A stretch of 63,881 nt of DNA, filler included, from Piptocephalis cylindrospora (Eukaryota): NCBI GenBank assembly GCA_003614145.1. It is 8 parts of 8 records of this genome, joined end to end, with 100 filler letters (N's around TTAATTAATTAA, not from the genome) between each part and the next. Parts side by side here need not be neighbours in the genome. Positions count along the whole stretch, not along the records: positions 1 to 8,010 come from KZ988176.1; positions 8,111 to 16,097 come from KZ988177.1; 6 more parts are not named here. The stretch is one strand, 5' to 3'. Both the position numbers and the translations under genes were made by a program. Each line of letters begins with the position of its first letter. The first letter of the stretch is position 1. Positions 1 to 9,519 of this stretch are shown piece after piece. Under the pieces are notes generated by a model. That model was not told the DNA's origin. It did no database searches and was given only the letters and a program-made list of their open reading frames with translations.

Positions 1-644
1 CCATGTTCGAGGCCGAGGACCTCGGGAATCCTGGTGTATCCACGCCAGAGGTCCGTGTAGACGATAGAACCAGGAAGGACGTGGCGCCTGATCACGTCTA
101 GGAGGCTCTCGGCGGTCCTATCCTGCACGGTCTCGAGAAAAGCGCGTCTCTCGCTTGATCTCTCAACTCCACCAACAACCCAAACACCCTCGACACAATG
201 CCCCTTGTTATACTTCCTCTTGCCAAACTTGGATTCGTCAATCTCCACCACTACACCCTCGCCCCCCACCATAACGTCAGTAAATTGGACATTATCGGCC
301 ACTAACTTACGAAAATGGCCAAGGTATGCCGAGACGGTGCTTGTAGAATGTCCAGTGTACTGGACAATCCCCGAGGAAGGCATTCTCAGCAGCCAAAGAT
401 AGGCAATTTGCATCACCTTGTTGACTGGAAGTTTGCCCTTGGCGAAGAAAGAGCCCTTAAACAGGGAAGTCTTCCTCCGACAGGCCTTCCAACGACAGGT
501 ATAGCGTTTGCCATATCTTACGGTTGGTCCCTCACACGCAGGGCAGGGAGGATAATCATAGAGGATACCATGCTCAAGAAGGAGGAGGATGCACACTTCC
601 TCAGAGGAAAAAAGGTAGGAAAGGGAAGAAGCGGTAGGAAACAT
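1..644 (-). mobile_element. Merlin (IS1595/ISXO2-like) DDE transposase, N-terminal part, runs off the window start
   Basis: Manual minus-strand translation from ATG 644 is open to base 1: MFPTASSLSYLF...CPACEG...CRWKAC (Zn ribbon)...VVEIDESKFGKRKYNKG...WVVGGVER...VLPGSIVYTDLWRGY. EIDES/KRKY and TDxWxGY are the first two catalytic-Asp motifs of this family. Missing from the ORF track because no stop lies in the window. Confidence 0.92.
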
Positions 645-759
645 TGGGAAAGAGAAAGAAGAAGGTAGGCTACAGAACGCACAAAGAATCATTGCGCTGC
701 GCCTTTAATAGAGCGAGCAGCACACATTCAAAAAGGTGTCCCCTATACTAAAGTTAGCC
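645..759 (-). mobile_element. Merlin 5' leader and terminus (GGCTAACTTTAGTATAGGGGACACC)
   Basis: Homology with the copy at 4165-4623 stops at ...AAGTT(C)AGCC in both; the terminus starts with GG as Merlin TIRs usually do. The partner TIR is not in the window. Confidence 0.7.
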
Positions 760-1131
760 TAAGCCCCTTATTCTTTCCTTTTTTTCCCCCCCATTAAAAA
801 TGCATTACCCTTTACTTGGCTTCTCTACTTTTTCTTCCTTGTTTCTCTCATCCCCTCACAGTTCTAGTGCTAATGGTATTACGACGCTAAGAGATGGCAT
901 AGCCCAGATGGCTAAATGTCATTGGTTGCAGTAATGCCAGCGCCATTACAATGGAGTTTGAATAAGGAAAAGGGGAAGAGAGAGGTTGTGAGCTGAGCCC
1001 TTATCGTAATGATATCATCATTACAGGGGGTATAATAGGCTTTCTCCAATTTCTTTTATTGGGCCTTCCTATGATTTCTTCATCCCACTTTTTTCCTTCC
1101 ACGTCATGTCCTTTTCCCAAAAATTTTCCAT

Positions 1132-2045
1132 TCAATGGTCCTTTCGATGCGATAGAAAAGACTTATCGACATGGTACATATGAAAGTATGTAAGGCGTTG
1201 CGGCTTTACCCTAGCATCTACATTATTCTTGACCCCTGGATACACTACCGGGTCGCTCACCAAGTCATTCAGGCATCATTCGTAATCCTAGGAGAAGCAG
1301 GGATGCCCATTCGTATTTCTTAAATAAACTTCCTCTTCCAGAGAAAGTGGATGGGCTCATTATTCTGTGTGCCCTAAGAGGAAGACATGATCTCAACCCC
1401 CACATCAACATGCATCCACTCTTTTACCTCGTCGCTAAGGGTACTAGTGTAATGGTCACCCATCTCCTTTGTCCATTTTCGCATGGACTTAGGGTCATCC
1501 AGGCTGGCCAGTGGGTTTATTGTCTCAACTTTGATCCCTTTAGTTGAAATGTGAAAAAAGAAGTCACCAAAGAGCTTGCCGAGAGGTTCATATAAATCTA
1601 CGATTGCTCTCATCTCCTGGCTGATACGGTAAATAAACGTAGGTAAAACTCCAAGCCTGGACGCGGCGTCACTGAGGAATTCCCTAGCTAGCATCAGGTT
1701 GGGGCGAAGGCGCTGGATTATTATTATGATGGACATTGCCTTTGCACATGCTGGGTAAACGACCTCAGTGTACCAGCGGTCAAGGAAGGGCAAAGGGATA
1801 GCGCCTTGGCTAAGTTTAACATGTCCTGGGGCAAGGGAGGGAAAAGCTACGAACATGTGGAACCTGGGATAAATCGCCCCAAAGAGGCAGTGGAGCGTTT
1901 TTGACATCAATATATCTTTTTCTGTTGTTGAGTTTTTGACATACTACTGGTGATTCCTGGAAACTTCGCTATGCAGTTGAGACAGGGGCAGATGTTGATT
2001 GGCCTTTTCAAGAGTAATTCTGCAAGGTTCCAGAGGATAAACCCT
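1132..2045 (-). pseudogene. Decayed gene of an unidentified protein family embedded in the transposon nest
   Basis: The 178-aa ORF 1374-1910 reads on as protein-like sequence past in-frame stops at 1944-1946 (TAG), 1374-1376 (TAG) and 1320-1322 (TAA), then after a frameshift (LTYFHMYHVDK). Motif-like blocks: HCLFG, VAFPSL, WYTEVVYPA, FGDFFFHISTKGIK, WMHVDVGVEI, FLWKR. Confidence 0.55.
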
Positions 2046-2153
2046 GTGAGGTTGAAGAAACGAGGAGGGAAGATAGGAAAATGGAAAGTGAAAGATAGCG
2101 TATTCCTAAATGTAGGTGATAGAGGGAAAGGCAGAAGGGGTTCTTACACCTGT

Positions 2154-2216
2154 TATAAAGGGCTTACCCCCATCGCCCCCTTTCCCTCAGCTCTGACCCT
2201 CACCTCCCACTGGTCG
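2154..2216 (+). mobile_element. 5' fragment of a family-B-like LTR
   Basis: TATAAAGGGCTTACCCCCATCGCCCCCT matches the starts of the LTRs at 6718 (minus, TGTAAGGGGCTTACCCCCACCACCCCCT) and 7658 (TGTAAGGGGTTCACCCTCATCGCCCCCT). Confidence 0.6.
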
Positions 2217-2568
2217 TGTAGCAAGGCAACAAAAACAGACGGAAAAGATTTGATATGCATTCCAAAGTCTGGGGAAAAGGGGCAAAAGAGCCGCCATTTG
2301 TAGATGAAGAAAAACGAGAAAGGGGAAAGAGGAGGAATGGGGGGGAAAAAAACTGATTTACCCTGTCGAGGGGACCCGTGTCCCCGATAGATTAAATCAG
2401 TCCTCTTCCCCCTTTCTTTTTTCTCCTTTTTCTCGTTTCTCGATCTATAAGGGGATGCTCGTTTGTCCCCTTTTCCCCAGACTTTGGGATAGACACCCTT
2501 TTCGCTAGCTTCTTTCCTGTCCCCCCCCCTGTCCCCTCCTGCTTCTCCCCTATTTTGCCCTTGTTATA
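2217..2568. repeat. Fold-back formed by two family-A LTR 3' halves joined at their internal hairpin
   Basis: 2217-2375 is a diverged reverse complement of 2380-2568 (e.g. CCAAAGTCTGGGGAAAAGGGG vs CCCCTTTTCCCCAGACTTTGG). The centre is GGGGACCCGTGTCCCC and the outer ends are TGTAGCAAGG / CCTTGTTATA. Confidence 0.75.
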
Positions 2569-2699
2569 CTTAGGGCCCCTACTCTGCTCTTACCTGGCTC
2601 ATCTGGCCACTCAATGGTGAAAATTACCACACAGTTTTTAGCACTCCGACAGGAAAACTGGCACAGGTCCAGTGCCAGTTCTTCTTCCATAAGTTCCCT

Positions 2700-2791
2700 T
2701 TCCATATATAAGGAACCCCTCTCGTCCCCCTCCCTTCGGACTTTGGAATACACATCAAATATTTTCCCTCTATTTTTGTTGCCTTGTTACA
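2700..2791 (+). mobile_element. 3' end of a further family-A-related LTR
   Basis: TATATAAGG...GACTTTGGAATACACATCAAAT...GTTGCCTTGTTACA is the reverse-complement homologue of 2217-2300 and ends in TTACA. Confidence 0.65.
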
Positions 2792-3084
2792 CATCCCATC
2801 ATCTAGAACATCCAGAGTACATGAGGATGCAACGGCTCTAAACAGTAACAACAATATATTCTTCATTTCCCACATCCAAAATATCCTTGCACATCCAAAC
2901 CTATCGGACTCTGTGGTGAACTATGTCCATTTCCTTCTCCTTACCTTTTTCCAGCCTAGAATGCATCACCATTTTTCTCTTTACCTTTCTTACTCTCCCT
3001 TGTTCTCCTACATTCTTTTTGTGAGCAGAGGTAAAAGGTTTGAGGGAAAATAGAAATAATTGGAAAATTAGGAGATGGCACATT

Positions 3085-3172
3085 GCAGAACGCACGGATA
3101 TTCATTACGTTACGCTTTTTTAGGGGGGTGGCGGCGAGCGTTCAAAAAAACGTGCCCTATTCGACTCAGCCC
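3085..3172 (-). mobile_element. Diverged Merlin-like terminus (second subfamily)
   Basis: CAGAACGCAC..TTCATTACGTTACGC..TTCAAAAAAACGTGCCCTAT..CAGCCC is collinear with CAGAACGCAC..ATCATTGCGCTGCGC..TTCAAAAAGGTGTCCCCTAT..TAGCC at 673-759. Confidence 0.55.
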
Positions 3173-3857
3173 ACTCCAATATAATTAATTAATTTTATAT
3201 CTCTGCGCTTCTTTTCCAACTATTTCCTCGGGGATGGTGTGCCTGAGAGCTACTATCCTGCATTTTTTTACATTTTTTTGAGCGTTGTATATTGCTCCTT
3301 ACGATAACGCTATGATAGTATTCAAAGTGTCCAATTTTTTGGAAAAGTACCCAAAGCAGAAAATATGCACCCGTCTCTTTTCTATTACCTTCCCACCTTC
3401 ATTGATTAAAAATAGCAGGAATTGCTTTTCATACATTAGTAAATTTAAGTAAAGCCTGCGATGGGGGCAAGCTTGTTATGTCCTACTACAAAAATAGTAT
3501 ATTAATAATTTTTAAATAATTTTTACAGCTTTAGATTTTATATATTTTTTATTACCACCATACCTCATGAGCCTTAATTTGCTTTAAAACATTTATTTTA
3601 ATTGAAAATAACTATTGCGCAGAAATTACCATGAACATGTACAAATCACTAATTGAGACGCTAACAAATCATTTTTTAATAAATAGGGCGGGCTTAATTA
3701 TTAAAAAAGTAAGAGTATTCCCATTGCCAGAAGCAGGTAAATCGCTTCTGGAATACGCTGCAAAGGCAACTACGAGAAATAATATGTAATGATTTTCATT
3801 ATTACAAAAAGTTTTCACGAAACCATGAAAGCTTGCCACAAAGTTTCATTCCCCTAC

Positions 3858-4164
3858 TATAACAAGGGCAAACAGGGGGAAACAGAAGGGGGGCAGGGAA
3901 GAAGCTAGCGAAAGGGTCTCTATTCCAAATTCTGGGGGAAGGGGACAAAAAGAGCTTCCTCTTATAGAGGGGAAAACAGGAAAAGAGGAGAAAAGAGAAA
4001 AAGACTGATTTAATCTATCGAGGACCCGTGTCCCCGATAGATTAAAGATGGGGACCCGCGTCCTCGATAAATTAAGGGGCGGACCCCGTGTTCGGAGTTC
4101 CACGATAGATTAAAAAGGTGGGACCTCGTGGTCGGAGTTTCCCTGTAATGATGACATCATTACA
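3858..4164 (-). mobile_element. Solo LTR, family A
   Basis: Reverse-complement copy of 5022-5354. Reads TGTAATGATGTCATCATTACA...CTATAAGAG...CCTTGTTATA: TG start, decayed CA end, internal TATA-like box. No matching TSD. Confidence 0.7.
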
Positions 4165-4623
4165 ACCAACTTACGAAAATGACCAAGGTATGCCGAGACG
4201 GTGCTTGTAGAATGTCCAGTGTACTGGAAAATCCCCGAGGAAGGCATTCTCAGTAGCCAAAGGCAGGCAATTTGCATCACCTTGTTGACTGGAAGTTTGC
4301 CCTTGGCGAAGAAAGAGTCCTTAAACAGGAAAGTCTTCCTCCGACAGGCCTTCCAACGACAGGTATAGCGCTTTCCATACCTTACGGCTGGTCCCTCACA
4401 CGCAGGGCAGGGGGATGGTCATATAAAATACCATGCTCAAGAAGGAAGAGGATGCACACTTCCTCAGAGGAAAAAAGGTTGGAAAGGGAAGAAGCGGTAG
4501 TAAACATTGGGAAAGAGAGAAAAGAAGGTAGGCTACAGAACGCACAAAGAATCATTGCGCTGCGCCTTTAATAGAGCGAGCAGCACACATTCAAAAAGGT
4601 ATCCCCTACACTAAAGTTCAGCC
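4165..4623 (-). mobile_element. Truncated, frameshifted second Merlin copy
   Basis: Close direct copy of about 301-759 with a 1-bp deletion near 4410. It is cut off exactly at the LTR end at 4164. Confidence 0.9.
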
Positions 4624-4815
4624 CCGAGTCGCCGCCCTGGAGCCTATCTGGAGGGTTCCGCCGGTGTGCCAGGCATATGGGACCCCCCCCTCCTACCATC
4701 TTTTTTGAGGATCTATATGTCGCATTCAATCATTTACAAAGGTGAAAAGGTGTCGTGGGAATGTGCTTTATTAGGATCATTAAAGCCCCACCAATAAAGA
4801 AAGGCCCAAGGCGAA

Positions 4816-5019
4816 CTAAATGTCAATCGCCACTTCGATCATTTCCTGCTGAGGCTCCTGATTGTACACAGCAAGCCTAGAAATGGGATACTTACGGCCG
4901 GGGGCATGTCCATCCTGGCGGCGGAGGGTACAATCACCATGCAGATCAATACTGACCACAGTGTAGGGGCCCAAGTAGCTAGTCCCAGAGTATCCCGGGC
5001 GCGTGCGCTTCCTAGCATT
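4816..5019 (-). pseudogene. C-terminus of a Gypsy/Ginger-type integrase (GPY/F module)
   Basis: Manual translation NARKRTRPGYSGTSYLGPYTVVSIDLHGDCTLRRQDGHAPGRKYPISRLAVYNQEPQQEMIEVAIDI*. A purine tract GGTAGGAGGGGGGGG (PPT-like) follows at about 4683-4697. Interrupted upstream by the LTR at 5022. Confidence 0.65.
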
Positions 5020-5021
5020 GT

Positions 5022-5354
5022 TGTAATGATGCCATCATTACAAACTCCGAAAACGGGGTCCCTTCCTTTTAATCTACCACGGAACTTTAAACACGGGACC
5101 TGCCTCTTAATTTATCGAGGACGCGGGTCCCGCCCTTTAATCTATCGGGGACATGGGCCCCTTTCGATAGATTAAATCAGTCCTCTTCCCCTCCCTTTTT
5201 CTCTTTTCTTCCTTTTCTCGTTTCTCGATCTATAAGAGGAGGCCCTTTTGTCCCCTTTTCCCCCAGACTTTGGAATACACACCCTTTCGCTAGCTTCTTC
5301 CCTGTCCCCCCCCCCCCTGTTTTCTCCTGTCTCCTTGTTTCTGCCTCTGTTATA
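5022..5354 (+). mobile_element. Solo LTR, family A
   Basis: TGTAATGATGCCATCATTACA start, three TTAAT(C/T)TA(T/C)C-type iterations plus one inverted copy, CTATAAGAG box, TGTTATA end. Homologous to 3858-4164 and 2380-2568. Confidence 0.7.
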
Positions 5355-6359
5355 TGTATCGCCCTGGAGTAAACCTCCTGGTTCCCTGAGTTAAACCCCC
5401 AGTTCCCCTGAACCGGCCACCTACAAGAGAGCTTCCATTAATAACAGTGCTGAGAAAAGTGGAGACGGAATGGGGTTGGACCCCCCCCAGAGCGTAGTCC
5501 TAAGACTTGCCAGCAGCTTGTCTTCAAAGGTCTATACCGTTTCAGACGGATGGGCCGACTGGGTAAGATTGATTGCTGTCGATAAGCTTGCAAACTCATG
5601 CCCCATACCTGTGCAAGTGTGATTTATATCAATTCATATCATAATTGTTAAGTTTTTGCAATGGGTAATAGTGCCAATTCAGTATAACTGAATTCAAATC
5701 TAATGGTATAATTATCCCATGGAGGCTAGTATTGTATTAGAAGGGCAACAAAGGGTTAATAATGGTATAGGGGTTGGCGCCCTTTTGCGATACATTATAT
5801 GTGAGGCAGGGCCAAAACTCTCTATTGTGACCGTTTTCTTCCAGTCCTGAGATACCGGTTATAGCGTAATATTTCAAAGTTGACACTACTATTTTGAAAT
5901 TGGGGTTGAAAGTATCTCCAATGTAACGACATTGAGGAAAGCGCAGCAGTTATAGGAATAGGGGAAAACGCGCCCTGGAATACTGCGGCAGATATAGCAG
6001 CGTTTCTGACGCGGCGTTAGATGTGAAAATGGCGAGTATACCTGATGACTTTAAAAACAAAAATATCGGCAATAACATATCTAGGTTTATCGCAAAGGCC
6101 ATTTCTAATACTGCCCCTCTTCAATATTTTCTTGGAAATAGTCACTGGGGTTGGTGTTCAATTGGATGGATCATTAGCATTATTATTATTAGGGGTTTGT
6201 TTATCTGGAATATAAAAGTGGGGAAATATATTCAGAAGTTGTGGCTTAATCTATAAATGCCTTGAAGAGATCCATCGGGGAGATCAATTATGGAGCTGTC
6301 ATCCTAGGTGGGATAGGTAATTTATCACGTGTAGAGGCTTTGCGGATACATATATTATG

Positions 6360-6718
6360 TGTGAGGGAGGAGGAGAAACAAGGAAGGGGAGGCAGAGAAG
6401 TCAGGTAAAGGATGATGTATTTCTCGGGATGGGGGTAAAGAGCAAGAACAGAGGGCTTCCTATAGCTGTGGGGGAAAAGGTTAGAGGGAGATGTGGATAG
6501 GGGTTTGACGGGAGATGAGTCAGACCGGACTCATCTCGACTTGGCTTGGCGTTTGTGGGACCATGAGGAGGGTCATGGGGCCGGAGGCTCGGAGTTTGGG
6601 GGCGAAGGGGAGCCATGCCCAAAAGGGAACTGGTGGGGGTGCGAGGGTTGGAGTTGGGAGGAGGATCCAGGGGGGGCATGCCAAGAGAAGAGGGGGTGGT
6701 GGGGGTAAGCCCCTTACA
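6360..6718 (-). mobile_element. Solo LTR, family B, with 5-bp target-site duplication
   Basis: Minus strand reads TGTAAGGG...CCCTCACA (TG..CA, 7/8 inverted termini). Flanked by TTATG at 6355-6359 and 6719-6723. Second copy at 7658. Confidence 0.88.
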
Positions 6719-7657
6719 TTATGATTTACTTATCTTTGAATCGACCGCACATTTCTCGTATATTTGCCTCGGCTTGAATACCTTGCCTATCATCCTCACA
6801 AACTCCACCCAAGTTCCTAGCCGTAACAGTGTGTCATATAATAATACCCAGCTCTAATGTGTTATCATGAATGCGTGTTAGCATGGTAGCAGTGGCGCCT
6901 TAATTATTCATCGAGTATCTACTGGCCCCCAACCAAGGGCTAATCTCAGCCGAGATGCCTTATTATTAAAAGTGGCGGGCATAGTATTATTGTATGGGGT
7001 TATAAAATTTAGGGGCAATATCAGAAATATCCCTCATCATGCCACAGTATTTCAGGCATGCCCATCTCTATTGCCACAATCGTTGAAGCCTAGCCTCTGC
7101 CTCTTCCCCCACCTAATGCGAGCTATGATAAAGCATGATAAAGGGTATGACGATGCCTAAATGATCTCGGGTGTGTCAAGCAATACGTCTACATCTAAAA
7201 TAGCCTGTTCAACTGAGCATTATATACCAAATGATGGGTCATACTCCACTCTGTCATCTCAACGCTGGAGGCATCTCGCCTGTCAATGAAAACCCAAACG
7301 AAGCAAATTTCAAAAAAAATTATACATTCGCTTTTGCGTTAAATCCAGTTGTGCGTAGGCATTATGATGGGATAGAAATAAATGCCCCTCTTCTATCTCG
7401 CATTATCTTTATCAGTGAATTAATTAGAGACGTACTGCATGAATAGGATAGGCAAAATGCATTTTTTTTCTCTCTTTCTTCTTCACTTCACTTTTCCACT
7501 TTACCGCTTCCTTTCCACCATCCAACTTTATACCTGGTTTTTCTGTCTGCCTGGGTCCATTAAACCATACTTTGTTGCCTTCAGTTGCTATCAGGCAAGT
7601 ATCTTTAAAACCCATCTCAATATGAGGCAGCTAACTAACGCAACTGAACACTCCCCC

Positions 7658-8010
7658 TGTAAGGGGTTCACCCTCATCGCCCCCTCTTAACCTCTACCTC
7701 GTGCCTTACCGGTCCTCCCTCTTGGCATGTCCCCCCCTGGTTCCTCCTCCTCAACTCCGACCCTCCCCCCACCAGTTCCCTTTTGGGCATGATCCCCCTT
7801 GCCCCCCCGAACTCCGATCCTCTGGCCCCATGACCCTCCTCATGGTTCCACAAACGCCAAGCCAAGTCGAGATGAGTCCGGCCTGACTCATCCCCCGTCA
7901 AGCCCCTATCCCCATCTCCCTGACCCCTTTCCGCCACAGCTATAAGAAGCCCTCTGTCCTTGCCCTTTTCCCCCATCACCAGAAATACATCATCTTTTAC
8001 CTGAATTTTC
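7658..8010 (+). mobile_element. LTR, family B, cut by the contig end
   Basis: Reverse-complement homologue of 6401-6718; starts TGTAAGGGG and carries CTATAAGAAG near 7940. Confidence 0.85.
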
Positions 8011-8110
8011 NNNNNNNNNNNNNNNNNNNNNNNNNNNNNNNNNNNNNNNNNNNNTTAATTAATTAANNNNNNNNNNNNNNNNNNNNNNNNNNNNNNNNNN
8101 NNNNNNNNNN
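8011..8110. other. Artificial contig linker
   Basis: 44 N + TTAATTAATTAA (six-frame stops) + 44 N. Confidence 0.99.
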
Positions 8111-8480
8111 TGGCCCGACACATCCCGCTGAACGAGTAATGTCGATGGTAATCATGCCCCATCCCATCCACGCACAGGCCCATCCCTCCACCCGGGGCCA
8201 TCCTCATCTGTCGGTATGGGCTTGTCGGATAAGGGTGAGCAGGGGGTATGGAAGGTGGGGCAGCAACGGTCGATGATGGGGTCGAAATGGTAGATGGTGA
8301 GGCCTGGGCCATAGGTGATGAGGTTTCAGCCGCATTTGATAAAGAGGATGGCTCGAGTGAGCCAGTAGGTAGAGACCGGTATACCTGATGAGCCCACCGG
8401 GCCTCGTAGGAAGCTGGGATATGTGAAGTAGAAGGACTCGTCGGTTTATCACCTTGAGGTGTAGCAGGCTCCTCGCTCAT
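8111..8480 (-). CDS. BRI3 (brain protein I3)-like protein, 3' truncated by the gap
   Basis: Pro/Ser-rich N-terminus followed by CVDGMGHDYHRHYSFSGMCRA, matching the C-x-DG-xx-H start of the domain in the neighbouring ORF. Confidence 0.5.
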
Positions 8481-9027
8481 AGCTTGTGTCTTTATAGTCG
8501 ATAGGAAAACAAATTGAACAGCTTAGTTTAGTTTAGTGGTTTAGTGTAGTGTAGTGTAGTGTAGACTAGAAAGAAAAGAGGGAAAATGATGGGAATGGTC
8601 TTGAATGAGATCCGCTTCCCACCTTCAAAGTGGTTCTTATACCACAAGGAAAAAAGAAAGCCAGTAAAGGACCTGGAAAGAAGATGTGCAATCGGCGGAG
8701 ATTGTACGTGGTACGAACAGATAAATGCGATAATCCAACCTTCACAGGCACCTCCTTCCTCGATGGGAAAGCATACTATAGCCTGCAGCATATGGGTAAA
8801 GAGTATAGAATGCCTCTAGGCTGGCCTTCTAGGGAGGACCCTTTAGAGTAGGGGCATCATGGTGGCCTCATGCCAAGTCCTCATGGGACATGTACGCCCC
8901 TCAGCCTCATAAGAGTCAAGGTTCGCGATACCCCTCTTGTCAAGAGTAATTCACCAACGAACACGACATCTCTTTATCTTTTCTTTTTCTTTCATGGCAC
9001 ACCCCCATCTCCCCGAGCACATCTTCA

Positions 9028-9519
9028 TTACACTAAAATGGCCTTGCACTTAATACATCGTCTGCCTCGACCTCGTTGAGCCTTGCGAATGGATCCTCTG
9101 GAGCCACAGAGCGGTCGAGTAGGAAAGAGGAGGACAGGAAGGATTCGACGTCTCCACAGGGATTCCCGTGCCAACACATGATCTTGTCCGTCCGTACACA
9201 CCTCTCCCTCATTGATCAGACTGGAGGTACTCTGGTTGAGGGTGGTGTCTGCAGGGCCAGACCAGGACATGGAGGGTGGAAGGGAGGTAGTAGAAGAGTA
9301 GCTGATCCGACCGGGCCCAGCCATCCCCTCATCCATGTACGACCCAAAGGATGTCTTTTCCGGAAAGGAGAAGAGTGTGGGTCCATGGCCTTCAATTTGT
9401 ACCGGGTAGGAATATGTCATCGTCTCGGATCCTCCTACATGTACTATCCTGATAGGCTGGGCCGGGTTGACGTAGAATGGAGGTAGATCCTGGGCCGAGT
9501 GCGTGGATGAACAAGCCAT
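9028..9519 (-). CDS. BRI3-like small membrane/zinc-binding protein
   Basis: 163 aa; C-terminal CTDGQDH...ILPVLLFPTRPLC...RRCIKC resembles the BRI3 pattern C..H, hydrophobic FP..LC, CxxC. Confidence 0.55.
   Translation of the reverse strand: MACSSTHSAQDLPPFYVNPAQPIRIVHVGGSETMTYSYPVQIEGHGPTLFSFPEKTSFGSYMDEGMAGPGRISYSSTTSLPPSMSWSGPADTTLNQSTSSLINEGEVCTDGQDHVLARESLWRRRILPVLLFPTRPLCGSRGSIRKAQRGRGRRCIKCKAILV

Noticed and set aside
3858..5354. Long inverted repeats read as TIRs of one composite transposon (also 6360-8010)
   Set aside because: Each arm has its own TG..CA-type ends and TATA-like box, and 6360-6718 has its own TSD, so these are independent LTRs in opposite orientation.
6512..6537. 10-6-10 dyad as a dif/lox-like tyrosine recombinase site
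   Set aside because: It is internal to an LTR, no recombinase gene is present and no breakpoint maps to it.
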